A stretch of 64,000 nt of DNA from an uncultured Acidobacteriota bacterium (GTDB lineage Bacteria; Acidobacteriota; Terriglobia; UBA7540), in NCBI GenBank assembly GCA_963804995.1, contig CAWDSK010000002.1, positions 352,001 to 416,000 on the forward strand, in the 5' to 3' direction. Below the pieces are notes generated by a model. That model made no database searches, had not been told where the DNA came from, and saw only the letters and a list, made by a program, of their open reading frames with translations. The position numbers and the translations under genes were made by a program. This document shows positions 52,048 through 61,818 of this stretch, one piece after another; positions within the stretch are counted from its first letter, which is position 1, and every line of letters begins with the position of its first letter.

Positions 52048-52138
52048 GGTAGTGTCCTAATTTGAACGTAGCGCCCCGATTCATCGGGGCTCAATGCCGG
52101 CTGGAAGCCGGCGCTACGTCTGAAATTAGGACACCACC
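52048..52138. mobile_element. 91-bp MITE with REP core
   Basis: TIRs ggtagtgtcctaattt / aaattaggacaccacc; 8-bp target duplication ttcgcttt; interior gtagcgcc...gccggctggaagccggcgctac. Confidence 0.85.
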
Positions 52139-52241
52139 TTCGCTTTGGCGAGGTTGTCCTTAAACTCTGCGGCTTGTATACTCGAAAACGGTTGGGCTTG
52201 AAGTCGAAAATGAATATTCCGAGGAGGAGGTTAAGACCCTC

Positions 52242-53903
52242 TTGAGATCTGCCCTACGCATTCTTGCGAATTCACTGGCTACGTGCGCAGTGATATCCCT
52301 TTTCCTGTTTGTGGCGCGGCCGGCAGAGAATCCCAGCTTCCATAATGCGCCGGAGTCGGCCAAGGCCATGAAGAATCCGTACGAAGGCCATCCTCCCGCC
52401 GCCGCTCAGTCGGCCTATCATCGCCGCTGCGCGAACTGTCACGGAGAAAACGGGGTCGGTACGGGAAACGTACCTTCCTTGGCCAGTGGCCGGGCGCAAT
52501 CCGCCAGTGACGGCGAACTCTTCTGGTACATCACCCAGGGCGATGTGGGGAACGGCATGCCGTCCTGGAAGGATCTATCGACACAGGAGAGATGGCAGAT
52601 CGTCAGCTTTATCCGTGTGCTGGGCGGGTCCAAACCCGGTTCTCCCCGGGTGCGCATTACACCCGGCGAAGCCGCCGCGGCGGGCACGAGCGCACCTCCG
52701 CCCCAGGCCCCCTTCACGGACTACCGTTTTGAGAAGCCCGGCACAATTCGCAAGATCACGGTAGAGGACCTGCCCGCTCCCTTCGCCACCAGGTCGGCAG
52801 GCAACAGCCCTGAAATCGCGCCGCGCCCGGAGAACGCCTGGCCACAGGTTCCGGCTGGCTTCAAAGTGGAGCTATACGCGGCCGACCTCAATAATCCACG
52901 CTTGATCCGCACGGCGCCCAATGGCGACTTCTTCGTCGCCGAAAGCGAACCAGGCGACATTCGCGTCTTCCGCGGAATCACCGCCGAGGGCAAGCCCGGG
53001 CAGGGAGAGATTTTCGCCACCGGTCTTAACCAGCCATTCGGCATCAATTTTTATCCTCCGGGACCGAACCCGCAATGGGTCTACGTTGGAAATACGGACT
53101 CGGTGGTGCGTTTCCCTTATCGGGATGGGGATCTGAAAGCGCGCGGCCCCGCGGAACATATTGCCGACCTTCCCCACGGCAACGGCCATTGGACGCGCGA
53201 CATTCAGTTCACGGCCGATGGCGGGATCATGTTTGTCTCCGTGGGTTCGGCCTCGAATGTGGACGATGCCGATACAACGCCGGCGGAAAAGAATCGGGCG
53301 GACGTTCTGGAATTCAATCCCGACGGCTCAGCCATGCGCGTTTACGCTTACGGCATCCGCAATTGCGTGGGGATGGCGATCAATTCGCAGACGGGCGAGT
53401 TGTGGTGTTCGGTAAACGAACGCGACGCCCTGGGAGACAATCTGGTTCCCGACTACATCACGCACGTCCAGGAAGGCGGATTTTACGGCTGGCCGTGGTG
53501 GTATATGGGGGGCCACCAGGATCCGCGGCACAAGGGCAAGCATCCCGAGCTTAAAGATAAAGTCATTACCCCTGATGTTATACTTCATCCGCATAATGCC
53601 TCACTGCAGATGACCTTCTATGAAGGCAAACAATTTCCGGCGGAATATCAGGGCGATATTTTTGCCTGCGAACATGGATCCTGGAATCGGGCGGTGCGCG
53701 TGGGTTATGAGCTGATTCGCGTGCCGCTGCACCAGACGGGTCACGCCAGCGGTGAATACGAGGACTTCATGACGGGATTTGTGGTGGACAATGGACACGT
53801 TTGGGGGCGCCCGGTGGGCGTCACCGTGGCTCCCGATGGTTCTCTGCTGGTAACCGACGACGGCTCGAATTCCATCTGGCGCATCAGCTACACGGGAAAG
53901 TGA
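52242..53903 (+). CDS. Cytochrome c domain fused to PQQ-dependent (sorbosone/sugar) dehydrogenase
   Basis: CANCHG haem motif; GHWTR, SVGSASN, GIRN.VG, VNERD.LGD.L.PDY, HGSWNR, GRPVGV. Confidence 0.9.
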   Translation: MRSALRILANSLATCAVISLFLFVARPAENPSFHNAPESAKAMKNPYEGHPPAAAQSAYHRRCANCHGENGVGTGNVPSLASGRAQSASDGELFWYITQGDVGNGMPSWKDLSTQERWQIVSFIRVLGGSKPGSPRVRITPGEAAAAGTSAPPPQAPFTDYRFEKPGTIRKITVEDLPAPFATRSAGNSPEIAPRPENAWPQVPAGFKVELYAADLNNPRLIRTAPNGDFFVAESEPGDIRVFRGITAEGKPGQGEIFATGLNQPFGINFYPPGPNPQWVYVGNTDSVVRFPYRDGDLKARGPAEHIADLPHGNGHWTRDIQFTADGGIMFVSVGSASNVDDADTTPAEKNRADVLEFNPDGSAMRVYAYGIRNCVGMAINSQTGELWCSVNERDALGDNLVPDYITHVQEGGFYGWPWWYMGGHQDPRHKGKHPELKDKVITPDVILHPHNASLQMTFYEGKQFPAEYQGDIFACEHGSWNRAVRVGYELIRVPLHQTGHASGEYEDFMTGFVVDNGHVWGRPVGVTVAPDGSLLVTDDGSNSIWRISYTGK

Positions 53904-54004
53904 GCCCGCAGGGCGGTCGCGGGTTTTAACAAAATCTCCAAGACGGGGTCCATTCCAGGGGCCGCTAATGGGTCAGCGGACCTCGGCCCTGATGCCGGGG
54001 TCCG

Positions 54005-56696
54005 CTACCGTGCGCCCCCTCCCGATCTCACCGCTACCCCCGAACTGCTGTAACTTCGCACCACCAGTGCCCCCTCCGACCAATCAACGGTTGTGGCGCC
54101 ATCGATATCGGTGCGCAGAACCCTTACCCCGGCGTTTCGCAATAATTCCAGCGTCTCGGGGTTCGGCAAATTCCTGCCGCCCCCGGCCTCGGCGCTGATG
54201 ATGGCGACGCGGGGCGCGACGCGGGCAATGAACTCCGGACTGGAAGATGACTTTGAGCCGTGGTGAGCCACTTTGAGCACTTGACTATCCAGTGGCGCCC
54301 CTGACCGAAGGAGCTGTCTTTCCATATTTCGGCCTGCATCGCCTGGCAGCAAGAAGCATATACCGCCTGCACTGATCCGCATGACCAGCGAGTTGTCGTT
54401 GGCTGGAGTTCGCGCCAGAGGCCGCTGCCGGGCCGGCCACCACACCTCAATCGAAGCCCCCCCACGGGAAATTGTGTCCCCTGCGTAGAGAGTTCGCATG
54501 GGGATTCCGCGTTTCAAGATCTTTTCCAGGAGTGCCGCCGAGGTCTCCGGATTCTGAGCGTGCCAGAATTCACCCACGTGGAAGTTCTCCAGAATAGCGC
54601 CGAGCCCACCCCGGTAGTCTTCATGGGCGTGGCTCAGTACCACTACGTCGATCTTCTTGATGCCCCGCGACCACAGATAGGGTGAAACGATATCCTCGCC
54701 GGGATCCCAACGGCGGCCCTGGGATGCGCCATCGTGTGCGCCCCGCGTACGGCTGCCTCCAGCATCCACCAGCATCGTGGTCTGGTCGGGAAGCACCAGG
54801 AAAAGCGCGTCACCTTGGCCGCAGTTCGAGCGCCGTAAGTTCCAGAGTGCCGTGCGGTAGGCAAGGCGCAAAAGGGTGAAGGGCCACAAGAACCACAAAA
54901 ACCCCCGCCGTCGCAAACGCTGGGACCACGGCCCGCTGAGCAAACCTCAGGGCCCAGGCCGCCAGGACAAACGCCGCACAGAATCCCCACGCCACCCACG
55001 GTGGGGGCTCGGGCACTCGGTAGGAGAGCCATGCCGCGAGTCCGGGCACATGGGTCAAGCCGAAAAGCACCGCCATCACCAGGCTCAGCACCTTGGCAGG
55101 CCAAACTGCAAGTGCCGGAGCTATGACGCTCAGCAGATTGATCGGCAGGGCAAGCGCCAAAAGCAGTGTCATCACGGGAATCGCCAGAGCATTCAGTCCC
55201 ACTCCTGCAAACGTCACGCGGTGGAAGGTCTCAACCATGGGCAGCAGCAAGCCCAGTTGCAGGACGGCGGAAAACACCAGGATGTTGGCGGTCCAAACCA
55301 AAACCCTGGCGGGCGCGACCACCAGGTTGCGAGTTAAGTCGGGATAGCGAGCGAGGAAACGGGCGCGGCGCAGGAGGTGAACCAAGGCTCGCAGATCAAG
55401 CCGCGTCTGGGCCAGGCGAGGCACAAAGCGGTCATCGAGCAACACATCATCCAGCCGATGGAGGGCCCTCCGATAAGGTTCAGTTGAGCGCGCGAGCAGG
55501 GGGACCGCCACACCCACAATCAGCAGCGCCGCAGCGAAGGAGAGTTGGAATCCCGACTCGAACAGCCACGACGGGCGAATATAGAGAAGGATGAGCGCCA
55601 CGCCACCGATGGCGTTCAGAGCGGAATGGTTCCTATCGAGAATGCGCGCCACCAGATAAAGGGCGATCATCAGCGTGGCACGCAGGGTGGGGGCACGCTG
55701 CTCAACCAGCATGGAGTAGCCCGCCAGGAAAGCGAGCACGATTACAGACTTCGTCGTGGGGGTTAAACGCCACAGCCGAAGCAGGAATCCCAAAAGCAGA
55801 GTGAGCAAGCCCACGTGGAGGCCGGCAATCACCAGTAAGTGGTAGAGGCCCGTCTTGCGAAAATCGTCGATGGTGTCGGAATCGAGCGAGGTCCGGTCAC
55901 CCCAGAGCACCGCCTTCAGCACCGCGCCATAGCGGCCCTCGGCCGACCAGGGAGGGTAGAGATCATCGATTCCGCGCAGCAAGCGTTGCCGCACGCGCTC
56001 GAGGCACACGGTCAGCCGGAAGCCCTGTGGCCCTTCCACCTTCTCCATCAGCCGCGGGTCCTTGACGGTGCCGACCCAGTAAATGTCCTGGATGTCTTCC
56101 ATCCAGCGGCGAAAATCAAAGCTGCCCGGGTTTTGATAGACGTGCGGTTTGCGCAGGTAGGCGACGGTCCGGATCGTGTCGCCGAACTGGAGTTCCACAG
56201 GTTCAGTGGCGCCTGCGGCTCCGAAACCCGACGAGCCCGCGACGCGCAGACGGATTTTCCCCTTTACAGTGTAAGTCCTCGAGCCACTTTCGATCTGTTG
56301 GGTTTCGATGTCAAATTGCAACCCGTAGCCGGTGCGCGAGGGAGTGGAAATCAACCGACCTTCCAGGCGCACCGGGTCGCGCAGGTCAACGCCCAGAGAT
56401 TCGAGGTGCGAGACATGATGCAGAGGGAAGCGACGCTCCCAGAGACGCCCGGAGGCTACACCAGTGGCCAGCAGGCTCGCAAGCGCCAGCCCGACGGCCG
56501 TGCGTTGCCAGTCCGCACGCAGCAGGATGAGTCCGACGAGAATCGAGAGCCCTGAGCCCGCCAGAAACCATGTGACCCCCACTGTGGCGTGGAAGGAATG
56601 GGCCCACACAATCCCTAAAGCAAAACTCACCGCCAGCGCCGCCAGCGGGGCCGTGAGGGTCCCCCGAGTCTGGGTGTTAGGCAGATGGTCAGGCAA
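54005..56696 (-). CDS. comEC: ComEC/Rec2 DNA uptake competence protein; +1 frameshift at ~54824-54830
   Basis: NPGSFD, HLLVIAGLH, GFQLSF; MBL domain D.GQGDA, LVDAGG, N.NSLV, LKVAHHGS, RTD..G. Confidence 0.88.
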
Positions 56697-56889
56697 CAGA
56701 TCTCACCTTTAACTTAAACTACGGTTCCGTTCCAAACCGGAACCGCTGGTTCCAGATCGGTCCGAGCTTCCCTTCGTAGATCAAACTACGGGCCCTGGGG
56801 GCTCCGCAAGTCACTCATTTAAAGCAGGTTGACGGATGGGGACAGTGCCCTAATCTCGCGTGCACTCGTCGTCCGTCCAGGAGGGTTAA

Positions 56890-58191
56890 TCAGGCACGTT
56901 CGCGGCCACGGCGCGACAGCCGGGCGAGGGATTCAATGTGGTAGGTTTGAGGGAAGAAATCGAACATTTCGAGGGCGTCCAAGTGGTAGCCCTGCTGAAC
57001 CAAAAAGGCGAGGTCGCGGGCCAGGGTGGGAGGGCTGCACGATACATAGTGGAGGCGCTTAGGTCGCAAGGCCATGAGTAGTCTTAAAGTTTCGACACCT
57101 ACGCCCGCGCGGGGCGGGTCCATCACCACCAGGTCTGGTTCCGACTGGGCGCAGCGGCGCAAGAAATCGAAGGCCGTCTCGGCCACGGACCGAATCTTTT
57201 TGCCGGTCACGGCTCGAGCGTTTGCCGCAAGATCAGCCGCCGCCTGGGGATGCGACTCGACGGCGGTGACTTGCTCAAACCGTTGCGCGAGCGGCAACGT
57301 GAACAGGCCCACACCTGCGAAGAGGTCAAACGCCACCGCGCCGGTTTCTTCGCCCGTGACCGCGGCCACAAGTTCAAACAGCAGGAAGCGTGAGCTCTGG
57401 AAGAAGGATGCGGGGCTTACGCGGTAGGCGAATTCTCGAACGCGGTACGTAAAATACGGCTCACCGAAAACCTGTACGCCTGAACCCGGCGCGATTGCTA
57501 CGCTCACGACACCCGGCAATTTCGCCAGGCACTCGCGGGCGAGCGTCTCGGCCTCCTGGGGATTCGAGCTTCCGCCGAGCGTGAGCATCACCTTTTCGTC
57601 GCGGTCATCGGCCAGGAGGTCGACCTCGCGGCAGTTGGCCAACGGCTTCGCCCAAGTTTGACCGCGCAAATCCGCCAGCAGAATGTTCAATCGTGGGGAA
57701 AGTAGCGGGCAACGATCGATCGAAACCAGCCGGTTTGATTCCGCCTCAAAAAATCCCAATTCCGGGGCGCCCTCCGGCGACCGTCCGACTTTCAATTGCG
57801 CCTGGTTGCGATAATTCCACGCCGGCCCGGAGTGCACAGGAATCTCGGCTTCCCAGTCAACGCGCCCCAGTCGTCGTAGTGACTCGCGCAGGATTTCTAC
57901 TTTCGCTTTTGCCTGACTTTCGGGCGCGAGGTGCTGATACTGGCAGCCACCACAGCGGCCAAAGTAGGGGCATGGAGCTTTCACGCGCTCGGGGGACGGG
58001 GCGAGAATCCGCAGCGGCCGCGCGTGCACCACGGCTTTCTGGGTGCGAACTTCTTCCACCTCGGCGCGCTCCCCGGGCAAGACAAGCGGGGCCAGCACCG
58101 TGCGCCCGGCGTGGTAGCCCAGCGCCTCGCCGCCGTAGACCAGCTTGACCGGTGAGAATTCAAAAGGTGGAGAAGATTCCCTGGCTGTCAC
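56890..58191 (-). CDS. rlmD: 23S rRNA (uracil-5)-methyltransferase, TrmA/RlmD family
   Basis: CPYFG.CGGC, YRN, SFFQ, DLFAGVG, DPPRAG, YVSC.P.TLARD, D.FPQTYH.E. Confidence 0.88.
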   Translation of the reverse strand: MTARESSPPFEFSPVKLVYGGEALGYHAGRTVLAPLVLPGERAEVEEVRTQKAVVHARPLRILAPSPERVKAPCPYFGRCGGCQYQHLAPESQAKAKVEILRESLRRLGRVDWEAEIPVHSGPAWNYRNQAQLKVGRSPEGAPELGFFEAESNRLVSIDRCPLLSPRLNILLADLRGQTWAKPLANCREVDLLADDRDEKVMLTLGGSSNPQEAETLARECLAKLPGVVSVAIAPGSGVQVFGEPYFTYRVREFAYRVSPASFFQSSRFLLFELVAAVTGEETGAVAFDLFAGVGLFTLPLAQRFEQVTAVESHPQAAADLAANARAVTGKKIRSVAETAFDFLRRCAQSEPDLVVMDPPRAGVGVETLRLLMALRPKRLHYVSCSPPTLARDLAFLVQQGYHLDALEMFDFFPQTYHIESLARLSRRGRERA

Positions 58192-58405
58192 ATTACATCC
58201 TCTATGCCATTATGCTATGGCCAATGAGTGTCCTGAGTCAGAAGTTCGCTGACAAAGTCTCACTGGGTTCAAAGGGGACCCCCTCACCCGTCCCGCCCCG
58301 GCTGATGAAAACGCCGGCGGCGGGCCACCCTCTCCCCCAAGGGGGCGAGGGCAGTAAATTCAAATGAACTCCCCCCTCGCCCCCTTGGGGGAGAGGGGCC
58401 GGGGG

Positions 58406-59795
58406 CATATGCGCTAGAATAAGAAATTGACTTATTCTGCTGCTGATGTATGCTTCTGGCATGAACAAGAATCTAATGGATACCGACTGGAAGTATCTAT
58501 GCCAGTATTTGCCAGCCAATATGAGTGAGTTGGCTAAGCGCAGTGGAGCCGTGGCGCGATGGCGCAACCTTAAGAGCGGTGAGGAGTTATTGAGAGTTAT
58601 TCTAGCATATGCCATCGAAGACCTCTCTTTGCGGAGCACGGCGGCTTGGTCCGCCCAGGCGGCTCTGGAGCTCAAGGACACCTCTATCCTGCATCGTTTG
58701 CGCAAGGCTCCTCCTCTGCTGGAGCGAGTCTTGGCGCATCTGCTGACGCAGCGACTGCGGGCCGAGCCTGCCCCGGGGCCAGCCTTTCGGATCCTCAACG
58801 CCACCGTGCTGAGCATCCCCGGCAGCCAAGGAACGGATTGGCGTTTGCATGCCGTCTATGATCCCGCCCAGTGTCGTCTCCGACGGGTGGAGATTACCGA
58901 CCACCAGGGCGGCGAGCGCTTGGATCGCGACCGCCCGCAGCCGGGGGACATTGTCTGCGGGGACCGGGGATTGGCGCGCGCCCAAGGTATTCATGCGGTG
59001 AGCGAAGCCGGAGCCTATGTTCTGCTGCGCATGCATTGGCAGAATATTCGGCTGCACGACGCCCAGGGACAGCCTCTGAATCTGAACCAGACCTTGAAAA
59101 GGGCGGACGCTGGAGATACGGGGACCGTTGCATATGTCCCCCTTTCGGGTAAAGCCCCTGCTCCGGTGCGACTGCTGATTCGCCCTCTGCCCAGCGAAGC
59201 AGCCCACCGCAGCCGTCAGCGCTTGCGCCGCAATGCCGCCAAAAAAGGCCGCACCCCGCAGGCCACCGCCTTGCGTCTGGCCGGCTATTTCTGTGTGCTG
59301 ACCACTTTGCCGGAAGCCCTCGCCAGTGACAACGTGGTCCTGGAACTCTACCGCATCCGCTGGCAGATTGAGCTGTTCTTTAAACGCTGCAAAGGCCTCT
59401 TGCATTTTGATCAGCTCCGCGCCTTCGACCCCGGCTTGGTGCGCACCTACTGTCTGGCCAAGTTGATTGAGGTGGCCCTGATTCAGTGTTTGCATGAGGA
59501 GGCCGTTTCTATTTCCCCCTGGGGAGTTCCCCGCTGCCGGAGCGTCGCGGCTTAGCCTGTGGCGATGGGTGCATCTGCACCATTTGGATTTGATCCTGGC
59601 CATTTACGGGACCTTCTCCTTGCGGGTTAAACAACATCGCTGGCCCCTGGCGCGTCAGGCTTTAACCGAGGCACCTCGAAAACGAATCTACGATCGAGAA
59701 AAATTCCGGCACCCGCTCTCGCTCCTTATGAACCGCCTCCTCCACGCGCAACAACTTCGCCTAGGAGCATCGAATGAGCTATTCTAGCGCCTATG
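58406..59795 (+). mobile_element. IS4 family insertion sequence
   Basis: TIRs catatgcgctagaata / tattctagcgcctatg; 11-bp target duplication ggggccggggg. Confidence 0.88.
58446..59555 (+). CDS. IS4 family DDE transposase (first catalytic Asp reads as Asn)
   Basis: IL(N)AT....PG, WRLH..YD, GDRG, YRIRWQIELFFKRCK (YREK motif). Confidence 0.88.
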   Translation: MYASGMNKNLMDTDWKYLCQYLPANMSELAKRSGAVARWRNLKSGEELLRVILAYAIEDLSLRSTAAWSAQAALELKDTSILHRLRKAPPLLERVLAHLLTQRLRAEPAPGPAFRILNATVLSIPGSQGTDWRLHAVYDPAQCRLRRVEITDHQGGERLDRDRPQPGDIVCGDRGLARAQGIHAVSEAGAYVLLRMHWQNIRLHDAQGQPLNLNQTLKRADAGDTGTVAYVPLSGKAPAPVRLLIRPLPSEAAHRSRQRLRRNAAKKGRTPQATALRLAGYFCVLTTLPEALASDNVVLELYRIRWQIELFFKRCKGLLHFDQLRAFDPGLVRTYCLAKLIEVALIQCLHEEAVSISPWGVPRCRSVAA

Positions 59796-59875
59796 GGGGC
59801 CGGGGGTGAGGGGGTTTTCCAATAATCAGCGAACTTCTGACTCAGGACATGAGCAGGGAGTGGCTTTTGCCCTGC

Positions 59876-59914
59876 TTGTCAACTTTTGACAACCGTTGAT
59901 AATCGCGGTAAGCT
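59876..59914 (+). promoter_or_regulatory. Promoter/operator of the antitoxin gene
   Basis: Inverted repeat ttgtcaa-ctt-ttgacaa overlapping TTGACA-17-TAAGCT; ATG 6 nt later. Confidence 0.6.
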
Positions 59915-59920
59915 CTGCGT

Positions 59921-60181
59921 ATGAATGCCAATCTGGGTCCAGTTCTCGAACAGTTCGTGACGGAGCTTCTCGAAACCGGCCTCTACCAGTCGCAAAGCGA
60001 AATCATCCGCGAGGGCTTGCGCCTACTGAAAGAACGCGAGGAACTGAAGAAGCTTCGTTTGGATGACTTTCGCAAGGAAATAGCTCTGGGAATTCAGCAG
60101 GCCGACCGGCGCGAGTTCGTGGACGGTCCCCGGACCTTCCAGCAAATTCGCCGGCGCCGTACCCAGCGGCGCAGTTCATGA
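59921..60181 (+). CDS. ParD family (RHH) antitoxin without a toxin gene
   Basis: MN..L...LE.FV.....TG.Y.S.SE.IREGLRLL..RE. Confidence 0.85.
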   Translation: MNANLGPVLEQFVTELLETGLYQSQSEIIREGLRLLKEREELKKLRLDDFRKEIALGIQQADRREFVDGPRTFQQIRRRRTQRRSS

Positions 60182-60187
60182 CCCCCT

Positions 60188-60901
60188 TCACAAATAGAAC
60201 AGACTCAAGCGCGGAATCTTGTAATGCTCGAGCAATCGGTTCTTCAGGAATCGCCGTTCGAGCGATTCAACCTCGGGATTCGACATCTTGCGGCGATACG
60301 GGGTGAGGCTGCGATCCACTTCCGCGCGGAATTGCGCCAGCAGTTCGACGGCGGTCGCCCGCAACAACGAGGCCGTTACCTTCTCTTCGAGGGCGGTCAG
60401 GTTCCGTTCCATTTCTTCGAGGTCACCGCTAGGCTGGGCTGCAGCGCGCGCGCCAAACTCCTGCAAATTGGCGGCAGCGGCGGCCAATTCTCCGGCCAGA
60501 ACCTCGTGCCCAGTCTCCCGCGCCTGCCGGGCGGCATTCTCAACGGCCCCCGCCGAGCGGGTGAGAAACCGCGAAATTTCCTCCGCTGAAAATGGCGCTT
60601 GCGGCTCAGCCGCCGCCTGGCGTGTTCCGCCCTCGGTCGCGGCGGTGCGGGCTTCCTCAACGGCGCGGAACACCTCCTGCGAGCAGTACGCCAAACTATT
60701 CACTTTGCGATAGCTGCGCTTGCCAGCCCTAAATTTTGCGAAGGAGCGCTCGATGCCGGCCAGCACCGCTGCCAGTGGAAACCCCTGTTCCTTCCACGAT
60801 TCGATGAGCGCCCAATCGAGCGGCGAGAGAAGCGTCGGCTCGGAGCGGCACTTGCGGAACTGCTCCTCAATCTCGGTGAAGTAGTTGAAGTAGTTTTCCA
60901 C
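60188..60901 (-). CDS. Hypothetical protein
   Basis: GTG start; NYFNYFTEIEE.F...R....LLSPLDW.LIESW...PRLSLFYL; downstream of coaX. Confidence 0.8.
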   Translation of the reverse strand: MENYFNYFTEIEEQFRKCRSEPTLLSPLDWALIESWKEQGFPLAAVLAGIERSFAKFRAGKRSYRKVNSLAYCSQEVFRAVEEARTAATEGGTRQAAAEPQAPFSAEEISRFLTRSAGAVENAARQARETGHEVLAGELAAAAANLQEFGARAAAQPSGDLEEMERNLTALEEKVTASLLRATAVELLAQFRAEVDRSLTPYRRKMSNPEVESLERRFLKNRLLEHYKIPRLSLFYL

Positions 60902-60927
60902 GGGCAGATCCAAGTTTCGGGAAAGGA

Positions 60928-60998
60928 CGAAACTCGAAAATCGAAATTCGAAAATCGCGAGCCGTGTGCCGAATTTCGAGTTTCGAATTTCGAGTTTC
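60928..60998. repeat. Heptameric tandem repeats forming a long imperfect hairpin
   Basis: cgaaactcgaaaatcgaaattcgaaaatcg...cgaatttcgagtttcgaatttcgagtttc. Confidence 0.75.
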
Positions 60999-61016
60999 AA
61001 CTCTGACGCCTACGGC

Positions 61017-61817
61017 CTACTTCCGCCGCGTCGAAGACTGATTGCGCTCGTAGATAATGCGCAGACCGTCGAGCGTCAGAGAAGAGTCAATGGGGGGGCG
61101 GTACTTGGAAGCTCCTGCCACGAGCACCGCCTGCCCGCCCGTGGCGATCACCTTGGTCTGCTTGCCGAGTTCCGCGCACAGCCGGTCCAGGATGCCATCC
61201 ACGGCCGCCACCGCGCCATAGAACAGCCCGGACTGCAAGCTGTTGACCGTGTTCGTGCCAATCACCCGGTCAGGCTCGCGGATTTCCACACGCGGCAGCT
61301 TGGCGGTACGTTCAAAGAGCGCCTCTGCGGCGATCCCGATTCCCGGCGCAATGACCCCGCCCAGATACTCGCCCCGCTTCGAAATTGCGTCGAAGGTGAT
61401 GGCGGTTCCGAAATCCACCACGATGCAGGGCCCGCCATATTTCTCAAAGGCCGCGACGGCGTCCGCGATGCGGTCCGCGCCCACTTCCTGCGGGGTTTCG
61501 ACCAGGATGGCCATGCCGGTGCGGGTTCCTGGCCCTAGAAACGTGGGCTCGATCTTGAAATACTTTCGGGCCATTTCCCCCAGCACGAAGTTAAGTGGCG
61601 GCACAACGCTGGCAATCATGATGCCGGTAATTTCGCGGATGGGAAGCTCGCCCAAAGTGAAGAGGTTGTGAACCAGGATGCCATACTCGTCGGCCGTCTG
61701 CTCTTGGCTGGTGGCGAGGCGCCATTGCGCGCGCAAGTCAGAGCCCTGGTACACACCCAGCACAGTGTTGGTGTTTCCTACGTCGATTACCAAAAGGTTG
61801 GGATTTGCGTTTTCCAT
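61017..61817 (-). CDS. coaX: Type III pantothenate kinase
   Basis: IDVGNTN, SVVP, VGADR, VDFGTA.TFD, GG.IAPG, ATGG, LTL.GL. Confidence 0.94.
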   Translation of the reverse strand: MENANPNLLVIDVGNTNTVLGVYQGSDLRAQWRLATSQEQTADEYGILVHNLFTLGELPIREITGIMIASVVPPLNFVLGEMARKYFKIEPTFLGPGTRTGMAILVETPQEVGADRIADAVAAFEKYGGPCIVVDFGTAITFDAISKRGEYLGGVIAPGIGIAAEALFERTAKLPRVEIREPDRVIGTNTVNSLQSGLFYGAVAAVDGILDRLCAELGKQTKVIATGGQAVLVAGASKYRPPIDSSLTLDGLRIIYERNQSSTRRK

Positions 61818-61818
61818 G

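Larger units (their letters stand above)
58229..59849. mobile_element. MITE (about 220 bp net) interrupted by IS4
   Basis: Perfect 24-bp TIR tgtcctgagtcagaagttcgctga; tgag on both sides; internal ccctctccccc..ggggg.gaggg palindromes; partial copy at 62921-63091. Confidence 0.85.
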
